63,355 nucleotides of DNA, from positions 1-63,355 of the forward strand of contig BTUM01000046.1 of assembly GCA_045863235.1 (NCBI GenBank), read 5' to 3'. Shown piece by piece: positions 1-8,587 of the stretch. The stretch's first letter is position 1. The number at the start of each line of letters is the position of its first letter. The stretch comes from Candidatus Xenobia bacterium (GTDB lineage Bacteria > Vulcanimicrobiota > Xenobia > Xenobiales > QWHO01). The notes below the pieces were generated by a model. It was given only the letters and a program-made list of their open reading frames with translations. It ran no database searches and had not been told where the DNA came from. The position numbers and the translations under genes are program-made.

Positions 1-17
1 ACTAAAATGGACTTCAT
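1..17 (-). CDS. Probable 5' end of a gene running off the left edge (MKSIL...)
   Basis: Minus strand reads GGGAGG-CAAG-ATG AAG TCC ATT TTA. This is a strong SD before an ATG at 17, downstream of the kinase gene. Only 5 codons are visible. Confidence 0.35.
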
Positions 18-96
18 CTTGCCTCCCAGACTAGAACCCCCTACGGATAAGGAACGCGATTTCCACCACAGGCTTCCAGTTCCTGCTGAGGCGCAT

Positions 97-891
97 TCAG
101 GGCTTACCCCTCAAATGGGCAAGAAACTTTGCCAATCTGGATTTTGGCCGCACCGAATCGCGGGAATGACCCTCGTCGCGGCCGTGGTCGCCACCATAGC
201 CATAACCATAGCCGTAACCGTAGCCATAACCGCCGTAACCGTAGGCAGTATCCAGGGCGTCAACTCCGTTGAGCAAGACGCCCAATACCCTGACTCCCTG
301 GTCTTCCAGGGATTGTCGGATGCGAACCTCGACCTCGCCATTCCAGCGCTTGGGATTGATGACCATGGCCGCGCTTCCAGCGCACGGTGCAAAGCTAAGG
401 GCGTCGCTGCAAGCCGCCAGCGGTGATGTGTCGAAAACGCAGAAATCGGAAGTTGCCTGGACCTTGCGGCAAAAAGCCTCCAGGGATGGACGCCCCAGGA
501 GGTCGGCCGGATTCTCGGTCACCTGGCCGCAGGGGACGATCCGCAGCCGGTCGATGGGGCTCTCGTGGATCACCGATTCCAGCGGAGCCTGCCCGAGCAG
601 GTAGTCAGCCAGGCCAGGCTTCCCATCCATTCCAAAGAGCTTCGTGATCGTGGGCCTGCGCAGATCTCCATCTACCAGAATGATGTTGAAGAAGAGTTGC
701 GTCATTGCAACTGCCACGTTGGCGCAGACCATAGACTTTCCGTCGCCGGCAAAGGCACTGACCACCATCAAGCTGCTCACCCCACCGGCCATGGCCCTTT
801 GCAGCTGGGTCCGAATGCCGCGGTAGCTCTCGGCCACGGCCGAGCGAGGATGGCTGAGAATTGCCAACAGGTCCTCGGGATTGGTCACCAT
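97..891 (-). CDS. BY-kinase, CpsD/CapB family (stand-alone Wzc C-terminal tyrosine kinase)
   Basis: P-x-S-x-x-AESYRGIRT N-terminus, Walker A SAFAGDGKS, A' LVDGDLRRP, Walker B VFDTSP, GVLLN, and a C-terminal Tyr cluster YGYGGYGYGYGYGYGYG. AGGA lies upstream of the ATG. Confidence 0.95.
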   Translation of the reverse strand: MVTNPEDLLAILSHPRSAVAESYRGIRTQLQRAMAGGVSSLMVVSAFAGDGKSMVCANVAVAMTQLFFNIILVDGDLRRPTITKLFGMDGKPGLADYLLGQAPLESVIHESPIDRLRIVPCGQVTENPADLLGRPSLEAFCRKVQATSDFCVFDTSPLAACSDALSFAPCAGSAAMVINPKRWNGEVEVRIRQSLEDQGVRVLGVLLNGVDALDTAYGYGGYGYGYGYGYGYGGDHGRDEGHSRDSVRPKSRLAKFLAHLRGKP

Positions 892-1098
892 CGCGGTCCT
901 CCGGGAAACCCGTCCTGACCTGCTGACCCTGTATGAGCTCTGACCAAGTCACGAGTTCCTTCACTTGAGATTTCCTCTGATTAGGCCGCTGCACAGTGCA
1001 TTCCTGCCGACGGGACAAAGACTTGCCAACCAGAGCTCAAGGTGTGCAGACGGACTGTGGACCGCTGAGCCAAGCAGCGTATCCACGATTCCAGTAGA

Positions 1099-1194
1099 GC
1101 GCACAGTTCCGATCAGGAACTGGGCGCGTAACGTTCAAGTGGTTGTACAGTAGCGCACACTGACATCCTGACACTATCAGTGCGCGCTACTGTA
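1099..1194. promoter_or_regulatory. Two inverted repeats in the divergent kinase/co-polymerase intergenic region
   Basis: 1099-1110/1116-1127 pair at 11 of 12 positions. 1146-1163/1177-1194 pair at 17 of 18 positions with a 13-nt loop. Confidence 0.5.
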
Positions 1195-1249
1195 GTTCCA
1201 GTTGCGATTGGCAGGAACCACGCCGCCGGCCACCCAACTATCCCCCCTG

Positions 1250-2692
1250 ATGGATGTATGGCGCAGTCTCAAACTGGTTCGCGAGCGCAGTGGCCTCTTT
1301 CTGGCCTCCTGCCTGATTGCGTTTATCGTCGTCCTGTTCGGGCCCCTCTTGATCGGCGCCGCCGACCCCATCTACAGCTCGTCCGCAAAGATCTTGCTCG
1401 CAGGCAAGAACAGCGGGGGGGAGCAAAACCCGGACAGAGAACCCAGCGCGGTTCGAGCCTGGTTCTCTGATGAGTCCACATTGCGCGCGCTCATCACTTC
1501 CGAGCCGTTGCTCAAGCGCGTGGTGGAGAGCGCCAACCTCAAGAAAAAGTGGTCCGCGCTCCGCCCCAGCATCAAGATCCGCATTTTGTCCCACAACCCC
1601 AATCAGGTAAGTCTGATCGAGGTTTCAGTCGAGGGCGAGACACCGCAGGCCTCGGAGAAGCTGACCAACACCCTGGCCAAGGAATTCGTCGAGTATGTCA
1701 TGGAGTTGTCAGCCAAGGAGTTTACTTCTACGCGAGTCTACCTCGAAGAGCTGGTCGAAAAGGCCAAGAAGCAGATGGAGGAAGCCGAGGCAGCCATGCT
1801 CAAGACGCGCGTGGTTCCACGCTCGGCCGAGCAGCGCGACCCTCAGATCGAAGCCATGATGCGCCTTCGCGAACGCCGCACCGAGCTTACCCAGGAGGAG
1901 GCGCGCCTGAAGGGTGAGCTCGACGACCTTCAGCTGGCCCGCTACACTCCCTGGGCCATCGTGGAGCAAAAGGACGGCACTCTGTCGAAGCTGGAAGACA
2001 ACCTCTCCAACGAACGCTTCCAACTCGTTTCGCTTCGTCAGGTTTACACCGACAGCAACGAGAACGTCAAAGCCCAGATCGAGCGAGTCAGGCAGGCCGA
2101 AGCCCTTTACAACCAGGAGGTCGAGCGCAAGGTCAACGCCCTTTCTGTCTCCACCCAACGCAAGTACGAGCAGGCTCGGCAGGCTCTGGCCACCACCACG
2201 CAGGAGCTGCGCAAACTCGAGGAGGCCCAGCCGACCTCCAAGGAATACCTCGAATATTCGCAACGCGAGCGCCAGCTGCAGATGTGGCATGAGAATTACC
2301 TTTCGCTCACCCGACAGCTCTATCAGGCTCGAGTGGCGGAGCAATCCAGTCGGCGCCAGGGGGCGATCACGATTCTCGAGCAGGCTCAGGTCGGAGTGCC
2401 CCTGAGGGCACCAGGCCCGGGGAGCTCGACCCTGACCCGAGCACTGATCGCCATTCCCCTGTCTCTTCTTTTCGCGCTCGGGGTGGTGTTGATGAGCGAC
2501 TACCTGATGGCCAGTATGCGCATGCAGCCCCGCATCGAGGAGGCACTCGGTTTGCCCGTCATCGGGGCTATCCCCGTCCTGCCCGAGGACTTGACCCGCA
2601 ACTGGGACCGGATGAAGAATTCTTTGAAGAACGGGACCACTCGGAACGGGTCGGCACCCCTCGACACACTCTCCACCAAGACCGAAGCGTAG
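1250..2692 (+). CDS. Polysaccharide co-polymerase / chain-length determinant (GumC/Wzz-like, Wzc N-terminal half)
   Basis: N-terminal TM followed by PIYSSSAKILL, a long coiled-coil, ITILEQA, a second TM, and the IEEALGLPVIGAIP tail. The ORF is open from 1202; ATG at 1250 is preferred. Confidence 0.9.
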   Translation: MDVWRSLKLVRERSGLFLASCLIAFIVVLFGPLLIGAADPIYSSSAKILLAGKNSGGEQNPDREPSAVRAWFSDESTLRALITSEPLLKRVVESANLKKKWSALRPSIKIRILSHNPNQVSLIEVSVEGETPQASEKLTNTLAKEFVEYVMELSAKEFTSTRVYLEELVEKAKKQMEEAEAAMLKTRVVPRSAEQRDPQIEAMMRLRERRTELTQEEARLKGELDDLQLARYTPWAIVEQKDGTLSKLEDNLSNERFQLVSLRQVYTDSNENVKAQIERVRQAEALYNQEVERKVNALSVSTQRKYEQARQALATTTQELRKLEEAQPTSKEYLEYSQRERQLQMWHENYLSLTRQLYQARVAEQSSRRQGAITILEQAQVGVPLRAPGPGSSTLTRALIAIPLSLLFALGVVLMSDYLMASMRMQPRIEEALGLPVIGAIPVLPEDLTRNWDRMKNSLKNGTTRNGSAPLDTLSTKTEA

Positions 2693-2816
2693 CCGCCCGC
2701 CTTCAGCTTGGACCGCAGATCTGGGCCGTGCCCTCGAAAGGAACCAGAGGTCCACCGGACAATAATGCTTCCCCCGTGTTCCTGAAAACTACCTGCCATC
2801 CGGTTTCACTCCAGTC

Positions 2817-3896
2817 GTGCTAGGGCGACTGTGCAATCTGCTGCTGGGCCTGAGCTTAAGCCTGTTCTGCCTGGAGAGCTTCTGTCGTTTCTTTCGCGAT
2901 CCGGGCCAACTTCACCACGACCCGCAACTGGGAATCTGCTTCGCCCCAGGCTCGGTCGTTCGCTTTACGGACGAAGGATTTGGCGTCAGCCACTGGCACC
3001 AGAATGGCATCCGGGGCGAGGCCCCTCGGGTCGGAGAACCTTCGATTCTGGTTCTGGGTGACTCATTCACCGAGGCCTGCCACGTCCATGACGATGAAGT
3101 CTTTACCCGGCTTGCACAAATAGACCTGACCTTAACTGGAAGCCCGCTCAGAATTTACAACTGCGGACGGGCCGGTCACTCGCTGGCAGACTTCGTCGGG
3201 AGGGGGCCTGCGTACCTTGAGCGGCTCCGGCCTGCATGGACCGTAGTGGTGGTGCGCCGGGAAGATCTGGAAGAGGGAGCCTGGGGAAAAGGCCCTTCGG
3301 CCCATTTCATCGTCAACGGGAACAACGTTGAGACCGCTGTGCCACAAATCGGACGTTCACGACTTCGAGATCTGATGCAGGCGACCTCAAAGTTTATCCT
3401 GTTACCAGAATTTGCCTATGACCGATTTCTGCTCTACCGGAACGGGATAGAGCAGGAACCGCGGCTCTTCTCGGCCGGGTCAAAGCAAAATGAGACGAAA
3501 CTTTCCGCGCCCCTGGGCGGACCGCTCACCGGCCCTTTTGGCGACGGCAGTCAGCGCTCTGGGCGCGACTTTCCCATCGAACACGAACTCGACCTGCTCA
3601 GCAAGGTGTATAACAGGCGCGTTACAGTCCTCTACTTGTCGGAATTTGATCCCGAGGCCACGACCGCTACCACTCCGCTCGAGAAGCGCATTCAGGCCCA
3701 CTGCCAGAAACAGGGATTAAGCTTTGCGGCGACCAGTCAAGCAAATGCCGAGCACTTTCGCTCAACAGGCCGAGTTCCATACGGCGCCTGGAACACCAAA
3801 TTCAACACGGGCCACATGAATCCGGATGGGCATCGGGTAGCAGCCAGAGTTTTGTCCCAAGAGCTTCACAGACTTCGTAACAATGGTTTTTTCTAG
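2817..3896 (+). CDS. Membrane-anchored SGNH/GDSL-family protein (MBOAT partner, AlgJ/PatB-like)
   Basis: N-terminal hydrophobic anchor, block I ILVLGDSFT, block II NCGRAG, C-terminal TGHMNPDGH. Overlaps the start of the downstream MBOAT. Confidence 0.8.
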   Translation: MLGRLCNLLLGLSLSLFCLESFCRFFRDPGQLHHDPQLGICFAPGSVVRFTDEGFGVSHWHQNGIRGEAPRVGEPSILVLGDSFTEACHVHDDEVFTRLAQIDLTLTGSPLRIYNCGRAGHSLADFVGRGPAYLERLRPAWTVVVVRREDLEEGAWGKGPSAHFIVNGNNVETAVPQIGRSRLRDLMQATSKFILLPEFAYDRFLLYRNGIEQEPRLFSAGSKQNETKLSAPLGGPLTGPFGDGSQRSGRDFPIEHELDLLSKVYNRRVTVLYLSEFDPEATTATTPLEKRIQAHCQKQGLSFAATSQANAEHFRSTGRVPYGAWNTKFNTGHMNPDGHRVAARVLSQELHRLRNNGFF

Positions 3897-5346
3897 CCCT
3901 CGATTCTTTGTCTTCCTGGCCTTCACTCTCTTCCTGCTCTCGTGGCCGACTATTTCCAGCCGGTCACAGAAGCTTACACTTGCATTCTGCTCGTGCCTCT
4001 TCTACGCTGCGTGGGACTGGCGTTACCTTGGCCTGCTGCTGTCCATTAGCGTCATCGATTACCTGGTAGCCCGAAGAATCTACAACTCGACTGAAAGTGG
4101 CGCTCGCACCGCCTGGCTCTGGGTGAGCATCTGCTCAAATCTAGGAATTCTTGCCTACTTCAAATATCTAAATTTCTTCATTGAGAACTTAAACAACCTG
4201 GGCCTGACCGAATTCTCCGTTCGTGCAATCCTGTTACCGGCCGGCATTAGTTTCTACACATTCAAAACTCTCAGCTACACGATCGACGTCTATCGCCGGG
4301 AACTCGAGCCGTGCGATTCCATTCTCGACTACACCACCTTTGTGACGTTCTTTCCAGAGTTGATCGCCGGCCCCATCGTACGCGCCTCCATCTTCATCCC
4401 CCAGATGGGTCGACGAATTGGTCCCACCCGGACCCGCCTGGCAGAGGGCGCCAGTATCTTTCTCCTGGGGCTTACCAAGAAGCTTTTCATAGCCGATCGA
4501 ATGGCCACCATCGCTGACCCTATCTTCTTGCGCCCCGAGATTTTCACAAGCGGGACGGTCTGGGTGGGAGTGCTAGCCTACACCATTCAAATTTACTGTG
4601 ATTTCTCGGGCTACTCCGACATGGCGATCGGATCGGCCCGAATGATCGGGTATGACCTTCCCCAGAATTTCAACATGCCCTATCTCAGCTTGAGCATCAC
4701 CGAGTTCTGGAGACGCTGGCACATCACCCTGAGCAGTTGGCTCAGAGATTACCTTTACATTCCACTAGGGGGCAACCGGCACGGCACTTTCCGCACCTAC
4801 ATCAACCTGATGCTGACCATGCTTCTGGGGGGGCTCTGGCACGGTGCGAGCTGGAATTTTGTTCTCTGGGGGGGGATGCACGGGGTGGCCCTGGCCGTCC
4901 ACAAATTGCTCATGGGCTTGCCGGCGTTTCAGAAGATTCCTCGCCTGCTGGCCTGGCTTGGAACCCTGCTCTTTGTGATATTCACCTGGGTACCCTTTCG
5001 TTCCGTCTCGTGGGACACCACGCTAACCATTTTCGAGAAGATGCTCGGCCTGTCAGTCATCCCAGACCAGGGAGCGGCGAACTGGATTCCCCTCTGGTTC
5101 TGGCTTGGTCTGGCGCTAACCGTGGTGGGGCACGGACTGGGAACCGGTCTCCAGCGTGAAGCCCACTGGCTGGTTCAAACCCTGAAGGGCCTGGGCGCAA
5201 AGATTGACAAGAACGCAATCGCAGGCAGCTATGCGGTCATGGAGGACCTTCCCATCGCCGGAGCCTTTGTCGTCTCATTGTGGGTACTGATCCTCTACTT
5301 CTTTTCACCCACCGATACCAGCCCATTCATCTACTTCCAGTTTTGA
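3883..5346 (+). CDS. MBOAT O-acyltransferase, AlgI/PatA/DltB family (#1)
   Basis: LPAGISFYTF, FFPELIAGPI, DFSGYSDMA, FWRRWHITLSSWLRDYLYIPLGG, GLWHGA (catalytic His) and C-terminal FIYFQF. Confidence 0.95.
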   Translation: MVFSSPRFFVFLAFTLFLLSWPTISSRSQKLTLAFCSCLFYAAWDWRYLGLLLSISVIDYLVARRIYNSTESGARTAWLWVSICSNLGILAYFKYLNFFIENLNNLGLTEFSVRAILLPAGISFYTFKTLSYTIDVYRRELEPCDSILDYTTFVTFFPELIAGPIVRASIFIPQMGRRIGPTRTRLAEGASIFLLGLTKKLFIADRMATIADPIFLRPEIFTSGTVWVGVLAYTIQIYCDFSGYSDMAIGSARMIGYDLPQNFNMPYLSLSITEFWRRWHITLSSWLRDYLYIPLGGNRHGTFRTYINLMLTMLLGGLWHGASWNFVLWGGMHGVALAVHKLLMGLPAFQKIPRLLAWLGTLLFVIFTWVPFRSVSWDTTLTIFEKMLGLSVIPDQGAANWIPLWFWLGLALTVVGHGLGTGLQREAHWLVQTLKGLGAKIDKNAIAGSYAVMEDLPIAGAFVVSLWVLILYFFSPTDTSPFIYFQF

Positions 5347-5405
5347 GCAGGGCCGATTGAGGGAGCCACGAAGGCGCGGCGACCTCTTCACTCGATGATT
5401 GGCCT

Positions 5406-6545
5406 ATGAAGATCCTGGTACTGAGCACTGACTACCCCCCAACACGAGGCGGAATCGCGCGCTTGACCTTCGAAACCACCCGGCAACTTGCAGAGCTTGG
5501 CAATGAGATCGTGGTTATTGCAACCCTCGAACGAGGGATGAGGGCCGATCTGGACGTCGAGCAACGTTTTCAGACCATTCGCATCCCGGCGACCTTTGGC
5601 CTCAGAGAGTTCCGCCAATGGCGTGAGTTGGTCCAACAGGTGCGCAGCTTCCGGCCTGACGTCATCTGGTCGGCGGCCTGGTACCCGGGCGGCGTCCTGG
5701 CATCATTCATCCCTCAGGTGCCGTTCGTCTTCTCTACCTATGGCTCCGAAATCTTCCCCAATTTCAATGGAATCGTTCAGATCATCAAGGCCTTGCTCCC
5801 CTTTCGGAGACTCGTCTTCGGTCGGGCCGCGGCCATTACCGCATTGAGCAAGTTTACCCGCGATTACATCGTCCGACTTGGAGCACCCCCAGGAAAGATT
5901 GAGTTGATCGGCGGCGGCGTTGGACAGGAATGGTTCGAAATCGAAAACCGCCCGGTCTCACCTCCGGTCATCCTTACAGTAGGAAGGCTCGACTGGCACA
6001 AAGGTCACGAAGTTGTCGTCCGAGCACTGCCAGAGGTCCTACGGCACTGTCCGGAAGCGCTGTATCACATCGTCGGCCCAGACCCCGGCAACTGGCCACG
6101 AATCAGGTCTCTGGCCGAAGCGCTGGGGGTCGATTCGAGAGTTCGATACCTGGGCGCTGTCTCGGAAGCCGAGTTGAGGACACAGTATGCGCAAGCTTCT
6201 GTCTTCGCCATGCTCAGCCGGGAGTTGCCCGGTCGACCAGACTTGCTGGAAGGTTTCGGGCTGACCTTTTTAGAGGCGAATGCTGTCGGCTTACCGGTCG
6301 TTGCGGGCAATTCCGGCGGAGTAAGCGATGCGGTCGACCACGAGCAGACGGGCTACCTGGTTGCGCCCGAGTCGGTCGAGGATGTTGCCCAGGCCCTGAG
6401 CCGGTTGTTGACCGACAGGGCCCTGGCACGTCGGCTCGGAGAACAGGGGCGGCATAGAGCGCTGAAGGACTTCACCTGGCAGGTCCAGGCCAAACGATTG
6501 CACGAGTTGCTCGAGCGGGCCGCCCAAAGGCACCTTGGAGGCTGA
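5406..6545 (+). CDS. Glycosyltransferase family 4 (PimB-like)
   Basis: DYPPTRGG, LTVGRL..HKG and EGFGLTFLEA (E-x7-E) motifs. Confidence 0.93.
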   Translation: MKILVLSTDYPPTRGGIARLTFETTRQLAELGNEIVVIATLERGMRADLDVEQRFQTIRIPATFGLREFRQWRELVQQVRSFRPDVIWSAAWYPGGVLASFIPQVPFVFSTYGSEIFPNFNGIVQIIKALLPFRRLVFGRAAAITALSKFTRDYIVRLGAPPGKIELIGGGVGQEWFEIENRPVSPPVILTVGRLDWHKGHEVVVRALPEVLRHCPEALYHIVGPDPGNWPRIRSLAEALGVDSRVRYLGAVSEAELRTQYAQASVFAMLSRELPGRPDLLEGFGLTFLEANAVGLPVVAGNSGGVSDAVDHEQTGYLVAPESVEDVAQALSRLLTDRALARRLGEQGRHRALKDFTWQVQAKRLHELLERAAQRHLGG

Positions 6546-6548
6546 GGC

Positions 6549-7367
6549 TCAGGGCCCGTATCCAAGATGACCGAGCAGGCCCGGGTAGCTCCTCTCAAAA
6601 TGAGCCAGATGCTCGGAATTCAGGTGGTTCTTCCAGTCACCTGCCACGCCCTTGCGATAGTGGCTGCCAGTGTCCTCGCTGCCCTGCCTGCGCCCACCGC
6701 TGAGCGCCTCGAACCGATTTCGGTAAACAATGGCCAGACAGCGCTCAGGCGGTAAACCTCTGAGCCGCCATGGTGGCAACCGACGCCCACCGCGGATCTG
6801 TCCTCTAGAGCGATTATAGGCCCGAATCAAGTGCTCCCAGGAGGGGGTCGGGTCCTGAAGCAGGCCCACGAACTGAAAGGCATTCAGGAATCCATTGTAA
6901 GGATCGGTCGTCAACTCTTCAAACCGCAGTTCGAGCACGTTCGGCTGCCTGAAATTCCAGGCCATGAAGTGCTCGAACCAGTGCCGATTCAAGTCAATCT
7001 CCTCGTGCAGTCCCTCAGCCTTGGGAAGTTGATTCAGTCGCTCACGATGAGCCCGAACCGTCGGACCGAGAGCCTCTTGACGATGCGTCTTCAAATGGCT
7101 GAAGTAGCCCGAAACGACGATATCGCGAGGGTCTCGAACGACGTGGACTCCCTTCCAATGGGCCAGAGCCTGAGCATGAGACGCCCGAGCATTCTCGATG
7201 GCCAGCACGTCGATCTGGCTGCGGGCCAAGAAGTTCAACAAGCTCGCTCCCGACAACTCCGGGTCGGGGAGGCGAGCAAATCGAAGACCAAGGTCCCAGG
7301 CAGCGGCCTCAAAGTGTGTCAGGACCCACTGGGAGGCGCACTTATGGTGCCCATAATAGACGATCAC
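6549..7367 (-). CDS. Sulfotransferase-domain protein
   Basis: GHHKCASQW (5'-PSB-like), VRDPRDIVVSGY (3'-PB) and HYRKGVAGDWKNH. GGAG precedes a GTG at 7367; the ORF is open from 7400. Confidence 0.85.
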   Translation of the reverse strand: MIVYYGHHKCASQWVLTHFEAAAWDLGLRFARLPDPELSGASLLNFLARSQIDVLAIENARASHAQALAHWKGVHVVRDPRDIVVSGYFSHLKTHRQEALGPTVRAHRERLNQLPKAEGLHEEIDLNRHWFEHFMAWNFRQPNVLELRFEELTTDPYNGFLNAFQFVGLLQDPTPSWEHLIRAYNRSRGQIRGGRRLPPWRLRGLPPERCLAIVYRNRFEALSGGRRQGSEDTGSHYRKGVAGDWKNHLNSEHLAHFERSYPGLLGHLGYGP

Positions 7368-7524
7368 AAAGTCTCCAAAGGCGAGCGAGTCAGCCGCCAC
7401 CCGGGCAGCAAGCCCTTTTTTGCCACACGCAACAGCAGACTTCCTTCCCGTTGCGCAAGTCGCCCAGTTGGTAGCTTTGGCAGACCGGCAGGTGCTGGAA
7501 TGCTAACAGAGAAGCAGCCGGGCC

Positions 7525-8583
7525 ATGAAGAAGGCGCTTATCACCGGAATCACTGGCCAGGATGGCTCCTACCTGGCCGAGTTTCTCTTGTCCAAAGGGT
7601 ACGAGGTCCATGGAATCGTCCGTCGCTGCTCGACAGAGAACACCGATCGGATCGCCCACCTGTGCAACGAGCCCCACGGTCCTCGATCGGGAGTCACACT
7701 CCACAACGGCGATATCAATGACTCGAGCGGTCTGCGAAGGATCGTCGAGGTCGTCCAGCCCGACGAAGTTTACAACCTGGGGGCTCAGTCCCACGTCAAG
7801 GTTTCATTTGAGCAACCCGAGTACACCGCCGACGCAGTGGCCCTCGGGACGCTGAGAGTCCTGGAAGCCGTGCGCGGATTCTCCAGTCAGACCGGGCGGG
7901 TCGTAAAAATCTACCAGGCCAGCTCATCGGAGATGTATGGCTCGACTCCCCCGCCGCAGAACGAGCAGACACCCTTCCACCCTCGCAGCCCCTATGCTGT
8001 GAGCAAAGTAGCGGCTCACTACTACTGCGTGAATTACCGCGAGGCATACGAAATGTTCGTCTGCAACGGGATTCTCTTCAACCACGAATCCCCCCGTCGA
8101 GGGGAAACCTTCGTCACTCGAAAGATAACCAGGGCCGTCGGACGAATCAAGCTCGGACTCCAGGAACAGCTCTACCTGGGCAACCTGGACGCGAGACGGG
8201 ATTGGGGTTTCGCTGGAGACTATGTAGAAGCCATGTGGCTAATGCTTCAGCAAGCCAGACCTGGGGATTACGTGGTTGGTACCGGCGAGTCGCGTTCAGT
8301 GCGAGAGTTTGTTCAGCTCGCGTTCGAGCGAGTCGGCCTGGACTGGGAGCGATACGTGCAGGTAGACCCCCGCTACTTCCGCCCGAGCGAAGTCGATTAT
8401 CTCCTGGCCGATTCCAGCCGAGCGCGTCAGACTCTGGGCTGGTCGCCCAAGGTCAGCTTCCGCGGCCTGGTCGAAATGATGGTGGATTCCGATTTAAAGC
8501 TGGCTGAGCGCGACCTGCTGCTCGTGCAGCGAGGGCACTCCGGCGGCCTGCGGGACCTGGCCGTGACCCCGGGGCCTGCTTGA
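7525..8583 (+). CDS. gmd: GDP-mannose 4,6-dehydratase (copy 1)
   Basis: [57 protein letters not shown] and [10 protein letters not shown]. Confidence 0.97.
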   Translation: MKKALITGITGQDGSYLAEFLLSKGYEVHGIVRRCSTENTDRIAHLCNEPHGPRSGVTLHNGDINDSSGLRRIVEVVQPDEVYNLGAQSHVKVSFEQPEYTADAVALGTLRVLEAVRGFSSQTGRVVKIYQASSSEMYGSTPPPQNEQTPFHPRSPYAVSKVAAHYYCVNYREAYEMFVCNGILFNHESPRRGETFVTRKITRAVGRIKLGLQEQLYLGNLDARRDWGFAGDYVEAMWLMLQQARPGDYVVGTGESRSVREFVQLAFERVGLDWERYVQVDPRYFRPSEVDYLLADSSRARQTLGWSPKVSFRGLVEMMVDSDLKLAERDLLLVQRGHSGGLRDLAVTPGPA

Positions 8584-8587
8584 CCAA

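Noticed and set aside
190..245. Hexamer microsatellite / phase-variation tract
   Set aside because: It encodes the (YG)n autophosphorylation cluster with synonymous variation.
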